Source: Parachlamydiales bacterium | Lineage (GTDB): Bacteria; Chlamydiota; Chlamydiia; Chlamydiales; SM23-39 | DNA length: 64,000 nt | Direction of reading: 5' to 3' | Assembly: GCA_050302075.1 (NCBI GenBank) | Contig: JBNLAH010000002.1 | Span: 218,427 to 282,426, forward strand | In this document: positions 1-8,877 of the stretch, one piece after another | Layout: every line of letters starts with the position of its first letter | How positions within the stretch are numbered: position 1 is the stretch's first letter | Notes under the pieces: model-generated | The model's input: only the letters and a program-made list of their open reading frames with translations | Databases searched by the model: none | What the model was told of the DNA's origin: nothing | Translations under genes and position numbers: made by a program

Positions 1-109
1 TTATTATCCTGTTTCTGATCTCACTACATAAATCTGTAAGGGCATCTATTGAAAGCTCGTTAAGGTCTTCAGGAGATTGTATTTTATCCAAGTAGAAATT
101 TTTTTTCAT
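1..109 (-). CDS. dxs: 1-deoxy-D-xylulose-5-phosphate synthase, N-terminus (runs off window start)
   Basis: Manual translation MKKNFYLDKIQSPEDLNELSIDALTDLCSEIRNRII matches the DXS N-terminal pattern (L..I.SP.DL..L....L..L..EIR..I); follows xseB as in chlamydiae. Confidence 0.85.
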   Translation of the reverse strand, partial: MKKNFYLDKIQSPEDLNELSIDALTDLCSEIRNRII

Positions 110-112
110 TTT

Positions 113-373
113 TTAGAGCTCATTATTGGATAAGAACTCTTGTGACATAGGCTCGTTTTTTTCATCTAGCATAAGGGAGCCATCTCTAGTTTTGATTAAT
201 GCTTCAATCTTCTTCTCTGCTGAGTTTAGCTTTTGATTGCACTGATTGATTAAAGCATTTGCTTCTTCAAACAACTTTAAAGAATCTTCTAAAGAGGCTT
301 TATTTTCATTTAAAAGATTTAATATTTCTTCTAAACGCTCAAATGCTTTTTCATAGGAAAGCTCTTTATTCAT
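113..373 (-). CDS. xseB: Exodeoxyribonuclease VII small subunit
   Basis: SYEKAFERLEEI...SLEDSLKLFEE...C.QKL..AEKKI motif; follows xseA. Confidence 0.95.
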   Translation of the reverse strand: MNKELSYEKAFERLEEILNLLNENKASLEDSLKLFEEANALINQCNQKLNSAEKKIEALIKTRDGSLMLDEKNEPMSQEFLSNNEL

Positions 374-1799
374 TTGTTCCTGCCGTTTTTATATTTTCTA
401 CACAAGTTGTAATGATACCATCTTTTAGCCTTACTTGTAAGTTATCATTTTTTTCTACTTGTTTTGCTGACATGATAATTGAACCGTCTTTTTCAGAAAA
501 GACGATGCTATAGCCTTTTTCAAGTAAATTTTTCGGATCAATTGCAATAAGAACATCTTTGAGATGGTTGATTTTTTGTTGTTTTTTTTCGATTATTTCA
601 AAAATTTTTTGATCCAATAACTCTTTTAACTTTGGCATATCAAAACGAGCTTTCTTATGGCTTATCAATGCTTTAATTGAGGTGGTTATGCTGTTTTGGT
701 AGCTTAGGGTCTTTTCTTTGAACTGTTTGCACTGAGTGTAGGGGTTGAAAGCTCTCAAATTTTTATTGAGGTTTAGAAAACTCTCTTTCTTTGATTTTAG
801 GAAAAAATTTAATAAAACCTGAAATCGGTTTTGCATTTCGTCGATATCTTGGAATCTTTTTGAAAGTAGGGCGTATGGCCTTGAAATTACTGGTTGATTC
901 ATCAAATCAAAATACCTTTGCTTGAGAAAGCTAAATTTTAAATTTATTGAATGATCAATGCTTCTTTTTGCATTTTGTAAAAATGTAGTAATTTGCGATA
1001 TCTCTTTTGAAACTATTTCAGCTGCAGCTGATGGGGTAGGCGCTCTTTTGTCTGCTACTAAATCTGATATTGAGTAATCAGTCTCATGGCCTACTGCAGA
1101 AACTACTGGAATACTAGATTCAAAAATGGCATCAGCTACTATTTCTTCATTAAAAGGCCAAAGATCTTCTAAACTTCCTCCGCCTCTTCCAATAATTAAG
1201 ACATCTGCTAACTGATATTTATTAAAATCTTTAATAGCTTGTGCTATCTCTTCGGCAGCTCCGTTTCCTTGGACTTTTACAGGGTTTAGGATTAGTTCAA
1301 AGTTAACAGCTCTTCTTTCCAGTACATTTAAAATATCTCTAATTACAGCTCCAGTAGGTGATGTTACTATTCCAATTTTTTTAGGGTAGGTCGGTAAGGC
1401 TTTTTTTCTAGATTCATCAAAATATTTGAGTTCTTTTAACTTTTGTTTTAATTCGTGCAGTTTTAGTAAAAGTTCTCCCACACCCGCAAATTTAAGCTCC
1501 CTAATAATAAGTTGATAGCTTCCTCTTGGTGAGTAAACGGACATATCCCCAGTGACTATAACTTGGTCTCCATCCTTAGGAAGTCTTGTTAAAAACTGAT
1601 TGTTGCCTCTAAAAAAAACAGTTGAAATTTGAGCGTCTTTATCTTTCAGGCTAAAGTAAAAATGACCAGAGCTTTGTCTTTTAAAATTACTTATTTCACC
1701 TTGGATCGTGATTCCTTTAAAAGATGGCTCTAAAATTCTTTTTATCTTATCTGTTATCTCAGTGACAGAAAAAATTTTATTGATGTTTTCTTGTTGCAT
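366..1799 (-). CDS. xseA: Exodeoxyribonuclease VII large subunit (start refined to MQQENINK; the ORF-track start at 1934 overlaps tpiA)
   Basis: GEISNFK..SSGHFYFSLKD, VTSPTGAVIRDI, GRGGGSLEDLWPFNEE, SAVGHETD, RAPTPSAAAE motifs. Confidence 0.95.
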   Translation of the reverse strand: MQQENINKIFSVTEITDKIKRILEPSFKGITIQGEISNFKRQSSGHFYFSLKDKDAQISTVFFRGNNQFLTRLPKDGDQVIVTGDMSVYSPRGSYQLIIRELKFAGVGELLLKLHELKQKLKELKYFDESRKKALPTYPKKIGIVTSPTGAVIRDILNVLERRAVNFELILNPVKVQGNGAAEEIAQAIKDFNKYQLADVLIIGRGGGSLEDLWPFNEEIVADAIFESSIPVVSAVGHETDYSISDLVADKRAPTPSAAAEIVSKEISQITTFLQNAKRSIDHSINLKFSFLKQRYFDLMNQPVISRPYALLSKRFQDIDEMQNRFQVLLNFFLKSKKESFLNLNKNLRAFNPYTQCKQFKEKTLSYQNSITTSIKALISHKKARFDMPKLKELLDQKIFEIIEKKQQKINHLKDVLIAIDPKNLLEKGYSIVFSEKDGSIIMSAKQVEKNDNLQVRLKDGIITTCVENIKTAGTNE

Positions 1800-1890
1800 A
1801 AAGATATCATACCTTAATGACTTATTATAAAGAACTGTTGCAAGGAACATTTCTGATAAGATATGATTATTAAAAACTTTTGGAAAAAAA

Positions 1891-2637
1891 ATGGCCAGAA
1901 AAACAATCATTGCAGGCAACTGGAAAATGTACAAGACTGGCAGTGAGGCAGTTGATTATATCAATGAGCTGGCCCCACTTGTCACTTCTTCTGATCCTGA
2001 TGTGCTTTTAGCCGTGCCTTTTACAGGTATTCATCAAGCAGCTGTAGCAGCCAGTAAAGCACATATTAGAATTGGAGCCCAAAACATGTTTTACGAAGAA
2101 GAGGGCGCTTTTACAGGGGAGATTTCAGCACTGATGTTGAAAGATGCCGGCGCTGATTTTGTAATAATAGGGCATTCAGAAAGAAGACAGTACTTTCATG
2201 AGGACAACTCAGTAATCAACAAAAAAGTGCTACATGCAATAAAAAATGACTTGTTGGTTATCTTATGTGTAGGGGAGTCGTTAGCTGAGAAAGATGCGAA
2301 TAGAACTGAAGAGATCCTCCATTCTCAACTAGTTGAAGGTTTAAAAGGCATTCCAAATGATTTTGTTAATTTTGTAATTGCTTATGAACCAGTTTGGGCT
2401 ATAGGAACAGGAGTTAGTGCAACACCTGAAATAGCTCAGAAAAATCATAGCTTTTGCCGGAGTGTTCTGGCAGAGAAGTTCAGCAAAAGTCATGCTGAGA
2501 AAATCCCTATTTTATATGGTGGCTCTGTCAAGGGTGAGAATATAAAAATGCTAATGGAGCAAAAAGATATTGATGGCGCTTTAGTTGGCGGAGCTTCATT
2601 GGATCCTAAATCGTTTGAAAAAATAGTAAATTATTAG
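1891..2637 (+). CDS. tpiA: Triosephosphate isomerase
   Basis: AGNWKM, GHSERR, AYEPVWAIGTG, LYGGSVK, LVGGASL motifs. Confidence 0.98.
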   Translation: MARKTIIAGNWKMYKTGSEAVDYINELAPLVTSSDPDVLLAVPFTGIHQAAVAASKAHIRIGAQNMFYEEEGAFTGEISALMLKDAGADFVIIGHSERRQYFHEDNSVINKKVLHAIKNDLLVILCVGESLAEKDANRTEEILHSQLVEGLKGIPNDFVNFVIAYEPVWAIGTGVSATPEIAQKNHSFCRSVLAEKFSKSHAEKIPILYGGSVKGENIKMLMEQKDIDGALVGGASLDPKSFEKIVNY

Positions 2638-2641
2638 TGTT

Positions 2642-2932
2642 ATGAGTGTTTTATTTTACATAGGTTTATTCCTTTTTTTAGGTCTTTGTTTACTTCTTTG
2701 TTTTGTGATTTTAATACAAGAGTCAAAAAGCACAGGGCTTGGAGCTTCGTTTGGAGGCGATCCGGGAGATTCTTTATTTGGGACATCTACAGCTCAGGTG
2801 TTGAAAAAATTTACCGGTTATTTGGCTCTGTTTTTTATGGCTAGCTGTATTATCTTGTCTTTGTGGACATCAGCTATTGGTAGAAAGGAATCAAAGCCAT
2901 ATTCTTTAGAGATCGAGCAAGCTGGTGAATAA
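2642..2932 (+). CDS. secG: Preprotein translocase subunit SecG
   Basis: Two TM segments, ILIQESKSTGLGASFGG; directly after tpiA. Confidence 0.9.
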   Translation: MSVLFYIGLFLFLGLCLLLCFVILIQESKSTGLGASFGGDPGDSLFGTSTAQVLKKFTGYLALFFMASCIILSLWTSAIGRKESKPYSLEIEQAGE

Positions 2933-2934
2933 CA

Positions 2935-3471
2935 ATGATCTTGAAGCTTTGTTATTACAATAACCCGATTTTGAGAAAAAAAACTGAGCAAATCTTAGAA
3001 ATTACTCCCGAAATAAAGCAGCTTGCTGAAGATATGATTGAGACTATGGATGCATCTAATGGGGTTGGCCTTGCAGCTCCACAAATTGGGAAATCAATTT
3101 CGATGTTTGTAATGAGAGAAGACAAGTATGACGATAAAGGAGATCTTGTTTTAGGGGATGCCAAAGTATTTATAAATCCTAAATTGTCTAAACCTTCAAA
3201 AACTACTAATGTTTTAACTGAAGGATGTTTGTCTTTGCCTGGGTTGCACTTGGAAATTGAAAGACCTGATACTGTCTATGTTGAAGCACTTGACATAGAA
3301 GGCAAGCCTTTTAAGGGAGAAGTAAAGGATTACTTTGCTAGAGTGGTAATGCATGAAAACGACCATTTAAATGGAGTTTTATTTTTTGATAGAGTAAGTA
3401 AAAAAGAAAAAAATGAAATTTTGCCAATCTTGAAAAAGATTAAGGAAAAATACTCTAAAATTTTAAATTAA
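2935..3471 (+). CDS. def: Peptide deformylase
   Basis: GVGLAAPQIG, EGCLS, HENDHLNG motifs. Confidence 0.97.
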   Translation: MILKLCYYNNPILRKKTEQILEITPEIKQLAEDMIETMDASNGVGLAAPQIGKSISMFVMREDKYDDKGDLVLGDAKVFINPKLSKPSKTTNVLTEGCLSLPGLHLEIERPDTVYVEALDIEGKPFKGEVKDYFARVVMHENDHLNGVLFFDRVSKKEKNEILPILKKIKEKYSKILN

Positions 3472-4992
3472 ACTTTCTCCAACTCTTATAGCATTTGCAA
3501 TAATTGTAAGTGCGGGATTCACAGCTCCACTGGATGGAAAAAAACTGCCATCTACAACATGTAAATTGTCAATGTCATGAGTTTTGCAGTTGATATCCAA
3601 TACTGATGTTTTTGGATCATTACCAAATCGCATTGTTCCCACCTGATGAGCCACTCCAGCTATAGGAATCTTCTTAGATAAATAGGCTTTATTGGGAAAA
3701 TGATGAAAGTGTCCTGTTAGGTTTAGGATTCTCTTGAGCTTTTTTAAAAGCCTTTTATGAGCTTCGGTATTATTTTTTGTGTAATGAAGACAAATTTCTT
3801 TATTCTCATTTACTAAAACTCTGTTTTCTAAGTCAGGTAAGTCCTCTGATGTTATCCACCATCCCACAGCAAAATCTGCCATGAGTTTAGTTATAAACTT
3901 GGGGGTAAAAGAAGGAGCGTCGGCCTTAAGCATATCTGGCATCACTTTCCCTAGAAGCTGAATATGTCCTAGAGGGAACTTGGAATCATCTGCGTTATGG
4001 TAAAAATCATTTATCCCTATAGTTTTTTGGAATTGAACTGTATTTCTCTTATTTCCAAGTGCCACAATTGCAGAATTGTTATGGCACATATAGTTTCTGC
4101 CAACTAGATCAGAGGAGTTTGCAAGGCCATTTGGATAGTGCTTACTTTTTGACTTTAAAAAAAGAGCTGCAGAGTTGATAGCACCACATGAAACTATAAA
4201 GTTTTTTGCTTTAAGTATTTTTTCATTGTTTTCTTGAATTACTTTAATTGCTATTACTTTTTTACCAGTTTCATCAGTTATAAGCTCTTCTGCCTTTGTA
4301 TTTACCAATAGACTAACGTTATCTTTTTCAATAATTTGAACAATGCAAATGCGGTCTGCATCAGACTTTGCATCTACTAAACAAGGATATCCATCACAAG
4401 TACTACACCTAATGCACAAACTTTTATCTTTATTTTGTTCGTTTAATCTAACGCCTAAAGGCAAGTGAAAAGGATTTAAATTTTCTTCTTTTATTTTGCT
4501 GAAGATATCTTTCACAAAAGGCTCGTGTGAAACTTCAGGATATGGGTAAGGAGCCTCTTCATGAGGCTCAGTTGGGTCTTCACCTCTTTTGCCATGTACT
4601 TCATACAACTTTTCTGCTTTCAAGTAAAAAGGCTTAAAGTCCTCATACCTTAAAGGCCAGGCAGGTGATGTTCCTCCATAGTGCTTTATTTCGTTAAAAT
4701 CAGACTCTCTCAACCTTAGAAGTGCAGCTCCATAAAATTTGGTATTTCCGCCAACAAAATAGTGAGTACCTGGAGTAAACTTTTCTCCATCTTTATCTTT
4801 CCATTTTTCATCTGGATTGTATCTGCCATCAACAAAAACCGATCCTGCTTGCCAGTTTTCTTTTTCCCTCTTTAAAAAATCACCTCGTTCAATAATTAAG
4901 ATTTTCTTTCCCACATCAGCTAAAATTTTGGCAATTGTTCCTCCACCAGCACCGGTGCCTACAATAATAAAGTCAAACTCTTCGTTTTCCAT
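3463..4992 (-). CDS. GMC-family FAD-dependent oxidoreductase
   Basis: GTGAGGG FAD-binding motif, VGGNTKFYGA, CIRCSTCDGYPC, GRNYMCH, AHQVGT, DGSFFPS.GAVNPALTI. Confidence 0.9.
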   Translation of the reverse strand: MENEEFDFIIVGTGAGGGTIAKILADVGKKILIIERGDFLKREKENWQAGSVFVDGRYNPDEKWKDKDGEKFTPGTHYFVGGNTKFYGAALLRLRESDFNEIKHYGGTSPAWPLRYEDFKPFYLKAEKLYEVHGKRGEDPTEPHEEAPYPYPEVSHEPFVKDIFSKIKEENLNPFHLPLGVRLNEQNKDKSLCIRCSTCDGYPCLVDAKSDADRICIVQIIEKDNVSLLVNTKAEELITDETGKKVIAIKVIQENNEKILKAKNFIVSCGAINSAALFLKSKSKHYPNGLANSSDLVGRNYMCHNNSAIVALGNKRNTVQFQKTIGINDFYHNADDSKFPLGHIQLLGKVMPDMLKADAPSFTPKFITKLMADFAVGWWITSEDLPDLENRVLVNENKEICLHYTKNNTEAHKRLLKKLKRILNLTGHFHHFPNKAYLSKKIPIAGVAHQVGTMRFGNDPKTSVLDINCKTHDIDNLHVVDGSFFPSSGAVNPALTIIANAIRVGESLI

Positions 4993-5161
4993 ATTTACCT
5001 CTTAATAGAGTCTATAGCTAAAAGGAAAATCTTTGTAAAAGATAAAGTTAAGTTAACATTTCTCATGTTTAAGCAGTTTTACTAAAAATATGGTTGCAAA
5101 GATTTTGAATTTCAATTTACATAGCTTCGCTAATTTTAAATCTAAAAAAAAGGAGAGAAAT

Positions 5162-5488
5162 ATGGCGTCTGCAACAAATCCAACAAAAAGTGACAATCCA
5201 ACTCAACTTTCATCAACACAAAACCAACCTCAAGATAATATTCCTGGTGAAGTAGTTGATGCTATTGCTAATGATATATTTTCACAGATTTCAGAAGCTG
5301 AAGAAGTAGAAGAGCTTTGCAAGATTTTTGGAAATATTTCTTTAACAGATCAAAGTGACTTAATAGGAGCAAAGCAAGCTGGCGTGATAGGTGACTTTGC
5401 TATTTCGTTAGTTATTAATGATGGTGATGATGATGATGCTAAAGATGCCTCTGTAAAAAATAAAGGTTCAGCAGACCATCAGAAATAA
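5162..5488 (+). CDS. Hypothetical protein, S/T/Q-rich N-terminus, acidic C-terminus
   Basis: AGGAG RBS before ATG at 5162 (MASATNPT); no recognisable family. Confidence 0.6.
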   Translation: MASATNPTKSDNPTQLSSTQNQPQDNIPGEVVDAIANDIFSQISEAEEVEELCKIFGNISLTDQSDLIGAKQAGVIGDFAISLVINDGDDDDAKDASVKNKGSADHQK

Positions 5489-5664
5489 GCAACATTTATA
5501 GGTTTTTTGAGAAAACTGCAATAAGTGTTAAATCATGTACTTTTAGGGGGGGTAATTAAAAAAAATCCCCTCTGAATTATCTGTTAGTTTGATTTTTTAC
5601 AAAAAAGTTACTTTATTTTTTTTCTCTTTTTAAGCATAAAATTTCTGCCCAAAAAGGAGTAAAA

Positions 5665-7146
5665 ATGATTAACTCGATAAATTATAATAAATATTTTAGA
5701 TCTCTTTATGACAGAGAAGAAGCTCTAGCTGCTTTAAATGAAATTATAGAGGGGTGTAAAACAACTATAGATGAAGCTTTCCCAGTTTTAAAAGGTTTAT
5801 CTAGATTAGATGATAGATTACATGTTATAGGCATTCTTGCACAAGAGGCATTAAATCAGCCAGAAAACAGTAAAAATTATGAAAAATTAAGTAACTTACG
5901 GAAAATACAAGTTAAAAGCTTCTCAGAAGCAAATATTTTTCTATCAAGATATGTATTAATACGTGAACCTCAATTTAGTACAAAAGTTAGTTCTTTTGAT
6001 AAAAAACATAATAGTAAGATTGATACTTGCAATTTGGCAATCCAATTTCGATTAAAATCAAATAAATACAATGTAGAAAGTATTGCTAAGTGGTTTAAGC
6101 GTGTAGAGTCCTTCAAATTGAAAGAAGAAATAGCTGAGGCTATTACAGAAGGGCTATCTCATATTGAATGCACATCTGAAGATGAAATATTTTACGTTTT
6201 AGAAGCTGTAGCTTGCAACGCTCTATTTAAAGTTGCATCCAAACCTCATAACTATAGCTTAAGTAGTATTACTAATGGCTTTTTTCATTCATTAACTATT
6301 AAAGAAAAAAAACGAATTATAAACACTGTTGTAGAGGGAGCCTTGACCCTTCTAAACAGCGGTTATACTTATACTAAAGATGATGTACTCGAATATTTAA
6401 AGGGGAGAATTTGCAATGAGCTCATAAGTATTTTAATGAGCCCTTACGAAATGAGTTTAGGCGAAATTGTACCAGATTTAATAGATATCGCACTTCAGCC
6501 GTTGAGGATAAAAATCATAAACAATATGAATAATAAAATATTTGAATGCCTAAAAAATAGACAATTTATTCCTGGAATTACTATTTCAAAATTAAAAATT
6601 ATTGCAAGCAATACGATGATTAGGTATCTATCTAAACCTGATGATTTGAATATTGAAAGCTTTATTAAAGGTTTTCAATCAATGCATCATAGAATAAAAT
6701 CGAACATTGCCGATCTTATTATAAAAGGAACAATGCATCTTTCTCAAAGGGATTTGCCTAATATAGTAGAGAATTTAAAGCTAATTTCGAGAATTGCATT
6801 AATTAATGCTTTGATACGATTTCATCAACTACCTTTTCAAGAAATTAGACTTAATTCTTTTTTTTTTCACAAATCGTTAAGAAATAAAATTTTAAAATTA
6901 TTAGATGAAAAATCATTGTATATTTTTTCTAGTAAAGAGAATATTTACAAAAGTAACATACTAGGAGAATTAAAAGGTGCAATCATTCTAATTAAACTAT
7001 ATTTAACCAATGAAATTATGAAATGTAAAATTATTGAGGTTATAAATACAAATGATGAAAATTTTAGAATAATGATATTTGAGGAACTCTCCAGAAAAAT
7101 TTCAAAGATTGAAGATGAAGCTGATCGTTTTTTCTTAAGCTTTTAA
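5665..7146 (+). CDS. Hypothetical helical-repeat protein
   Basis: 493-aa ORF with AGGAG RBS; degenerate internal repeats. Confidence 0.7.
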   Translation: MINSINYNKYFRSLYDREEALAALNEIIEGCKTTIDEAFPVLKGLSRLDDRLHVIGILAQEALNQPENSKNYEKLSNLRKIQVKSFSEANIFLSRYVLIREPQFSTKVSSFDKKHNSKIDTCNLAIQFRLKSNKYNVESIAKWFKRVESFKLKEEIAEAITEGLSHIECTSEDEIFYVLEAVACNALFKVASKPHNYSLSSITNGFFHSLTIKEKKRIINTVVEGALTLLNSGYTYTKDDVLEYLKGRICNELISILMSPYEMSLGEIVPDLIDIALQPLRIKIINNMNNKIFECLKNRQFIPGITISKLKIIASNTMIRYLSKPDDLNIESFIKGFQSMHHRIKSNIADLIIKGTMHLSQRDLPNIVENLKLISRIALINALIRFHQLPFQEIRLNSFFFHKSLRNKILKLLDEKSLYIFSSKENIYKSNILGELKGAIILIKLYLTNEIMKCKIIEVINTNDENFRIMIFEELSRKISKIEDEADRFFLSF

Positions 7147-7292
7147 GACCTTTTTTGGATTTTTTTTTTATAAAAAAAACCCTAAGAAGTACTTCTCAAG
7201 AGTTTTACTAATCACCGGCTTAATATATAAATTTTTTTTTAATCGCTTGTGACCTATGCTTATTTTTTATTAGATGGAGATAAAAAATAAGT

Positions 7293-7697
7293 ATGACTGT
7301 TCATTATAGCACAAATCAAACCACACAAGATGGGCTTAAGTATCTTAGTAAAGTTTTGACAAAGCTGAATGTTGATATTAACCCCATCCTTCAAAGGATA
7401 CGCCAAACCTCTTGTAAAGAGGAAAGAGAAAAGATTATAGCTGCTATAGCAAAGGAAGCTTTAGAAATTGAATCTAGAAATTTACCGGAAGAAGAACTAA
7501 GAGTAGCGCTAAAAGAAAATCTTATTTTGGCTATGAATTCAGAAACTCTAATATTTATTAATAATTTTTATACAAAAGAAATTCTTAAAATGTCAGAAGG
7601 TAATATAAACAGATTACAATTATCTCAGAAAGTTATTTCTTTATGTAGAGAGATTACAGCAGAGATTCTAGACAAATTTCAACATTTCAAATATTAG
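7293..7697 (+). CDS. Hypothetical protein
   Basis: 134-aa ORF, GGAG upstream; helical composition. Confidence 0.6.
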   Translation: MTVHYSTNQTTQDGLKYLSKVLTKLNVDINPILQRIRQTSCKEEREKIIAAIAKEALEIESRNLPEEELRVALKENLILAMNSETLIFINNFYTKEILKMSEGNINRLQLSQKVISLCREITAEILDKFQHFKY

Positions 7698-7719
7698 AAT
7701 ATTCCATTTCAATTTCCCT

Positions 7720-8826
7720 TTATATCCATTTAACGACGGCTTTTATTTCATTTGGGTCATGCTTAAATAAGACATCCTTAAAATTTTGATAAGAAACTCT
7801 GTGGGTAATTAGCTGTTCAATTAATTTAGGCCATTTTTTTGAAGCTTTTTCTAGGTCGTCAATAGCGTATTTAAAGTGAACATTACCAGCATTAACACTT
7901 CCTAAAATAACTTGGTTTTTTAAAACTAGTTGTTTCATTATTTCTCCACCTTTGACATTTAGCTCTCTAGCATCTCCTGGAACTCCCGTTAGAACATAAA
8001 TTCCGTTGATTCCAAGTATATTAATTAGGTCAAAGTCAAGCTTAGCTATACCAGCTGCTTCTACAATCATGTCAAATTGATTTTCAGGTTTTGAAAAGTC
8101 TTCTTTTAGAAGGTCGGAGCTTTTAATGTACTTACCACCCATTTCTTTAAAAATTTGAGGGCGCTTTGAATTAGGCTCGACTATATCAATTCCTGTAATA
8201 TCGACACCTTTAATTCTTAAAACCATCCCAGCTAAAAGACCTATAGGCCCTAATCCTGCTATTAGAACTTTTTTCCCCTTAAGCCATTTTTCTGGGTTGT
8301 CTTCATATGGAATCCTTTCGTTTTGAAGTCGAGCTGCTTCATCAATAGCTTTTTCAACAACGGTTGTAGGTTCTGTTAAAACAGCAATATTCTTAATTGA
8401 CTCAGGAACTTTTATTAAAAATTCTTCTTTTTCAACTACGAACTCGCATTGATAGCCATGCCTTTGTTTAATACCTCTTTCTTGATATAGACCTGTTTGG
8501 CACATATCAAAGCAGTTATTTTTGCAAGGCACACACTTTCCACATCCACGCCTTACTGTGATAACAGTCAAATCATCTTTTTTAAATTTTTTTACTCCTT
8601 TGCCAATTTCAACTACTTTACCTAGCATTTCATGGCCTATTACTAAAAACTCTTCCCCATTTGGAGCATCAGCTCTCCCACCTGATGCTTCTTCACGGTC
8701 AGTGCCGCAGATCCCGACTTCAATAATTTGGACTTTTACATCGTCATCTTTTTCTATTTTAGGCTCTGGCCAGTTGTCTTTTAGCTGTACATCTTTAGTG
8801 TGAGGTTTGAGAACGATGGCTTTCAT
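7720..8826 (-). CDS. Zn-dependent glucose 1-dehydrogenase (MDR family, archaeal-type)
   Basis: GICGTDRE, GHE, VRRGCGKCVPC...C structural Zn site, ERGI..RHG, GLGPIG, GSVNA. Confidence 0.85.
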   Translation of the reverse strand: MKAIVLKPHTKDVQLKDNWPEPKIEKDDDVKVQIIEVGICGTDREEASGGRADAPNGEEFLVIGHEMLGKVVEIGKGVKKFKKDDLTVITVRRGCGKCVPCKNNCFDMCQTGLYQERGIKQRHGYQCEFVVEKEEFLIKVPESIKNIAVLTEPTTVVEKAIDEAARLQNERIPYEDNPEKWLKGKKVLIAGLGPIGLLAGMVLRIKGVDITGIDIVEPNSKRPQIFKEMGGKYIKSSDLLKEDFSKPENQFDMIVEAAGIAKLDFDLINILGINGIYVLTGVPGDARELNVKGGEIMKQLVLKNQVILGSVNAGNVHFKYAIDDLEKASKKWPKLIEQLITHRVSYQNFKDVLFKHDPNEIKAVVKWI

Positions 8827-8877
8827 TTTGTCTCCTTTTTTCTTAGTATTAATAGCTACTTAGAAATACTTTCAAGA

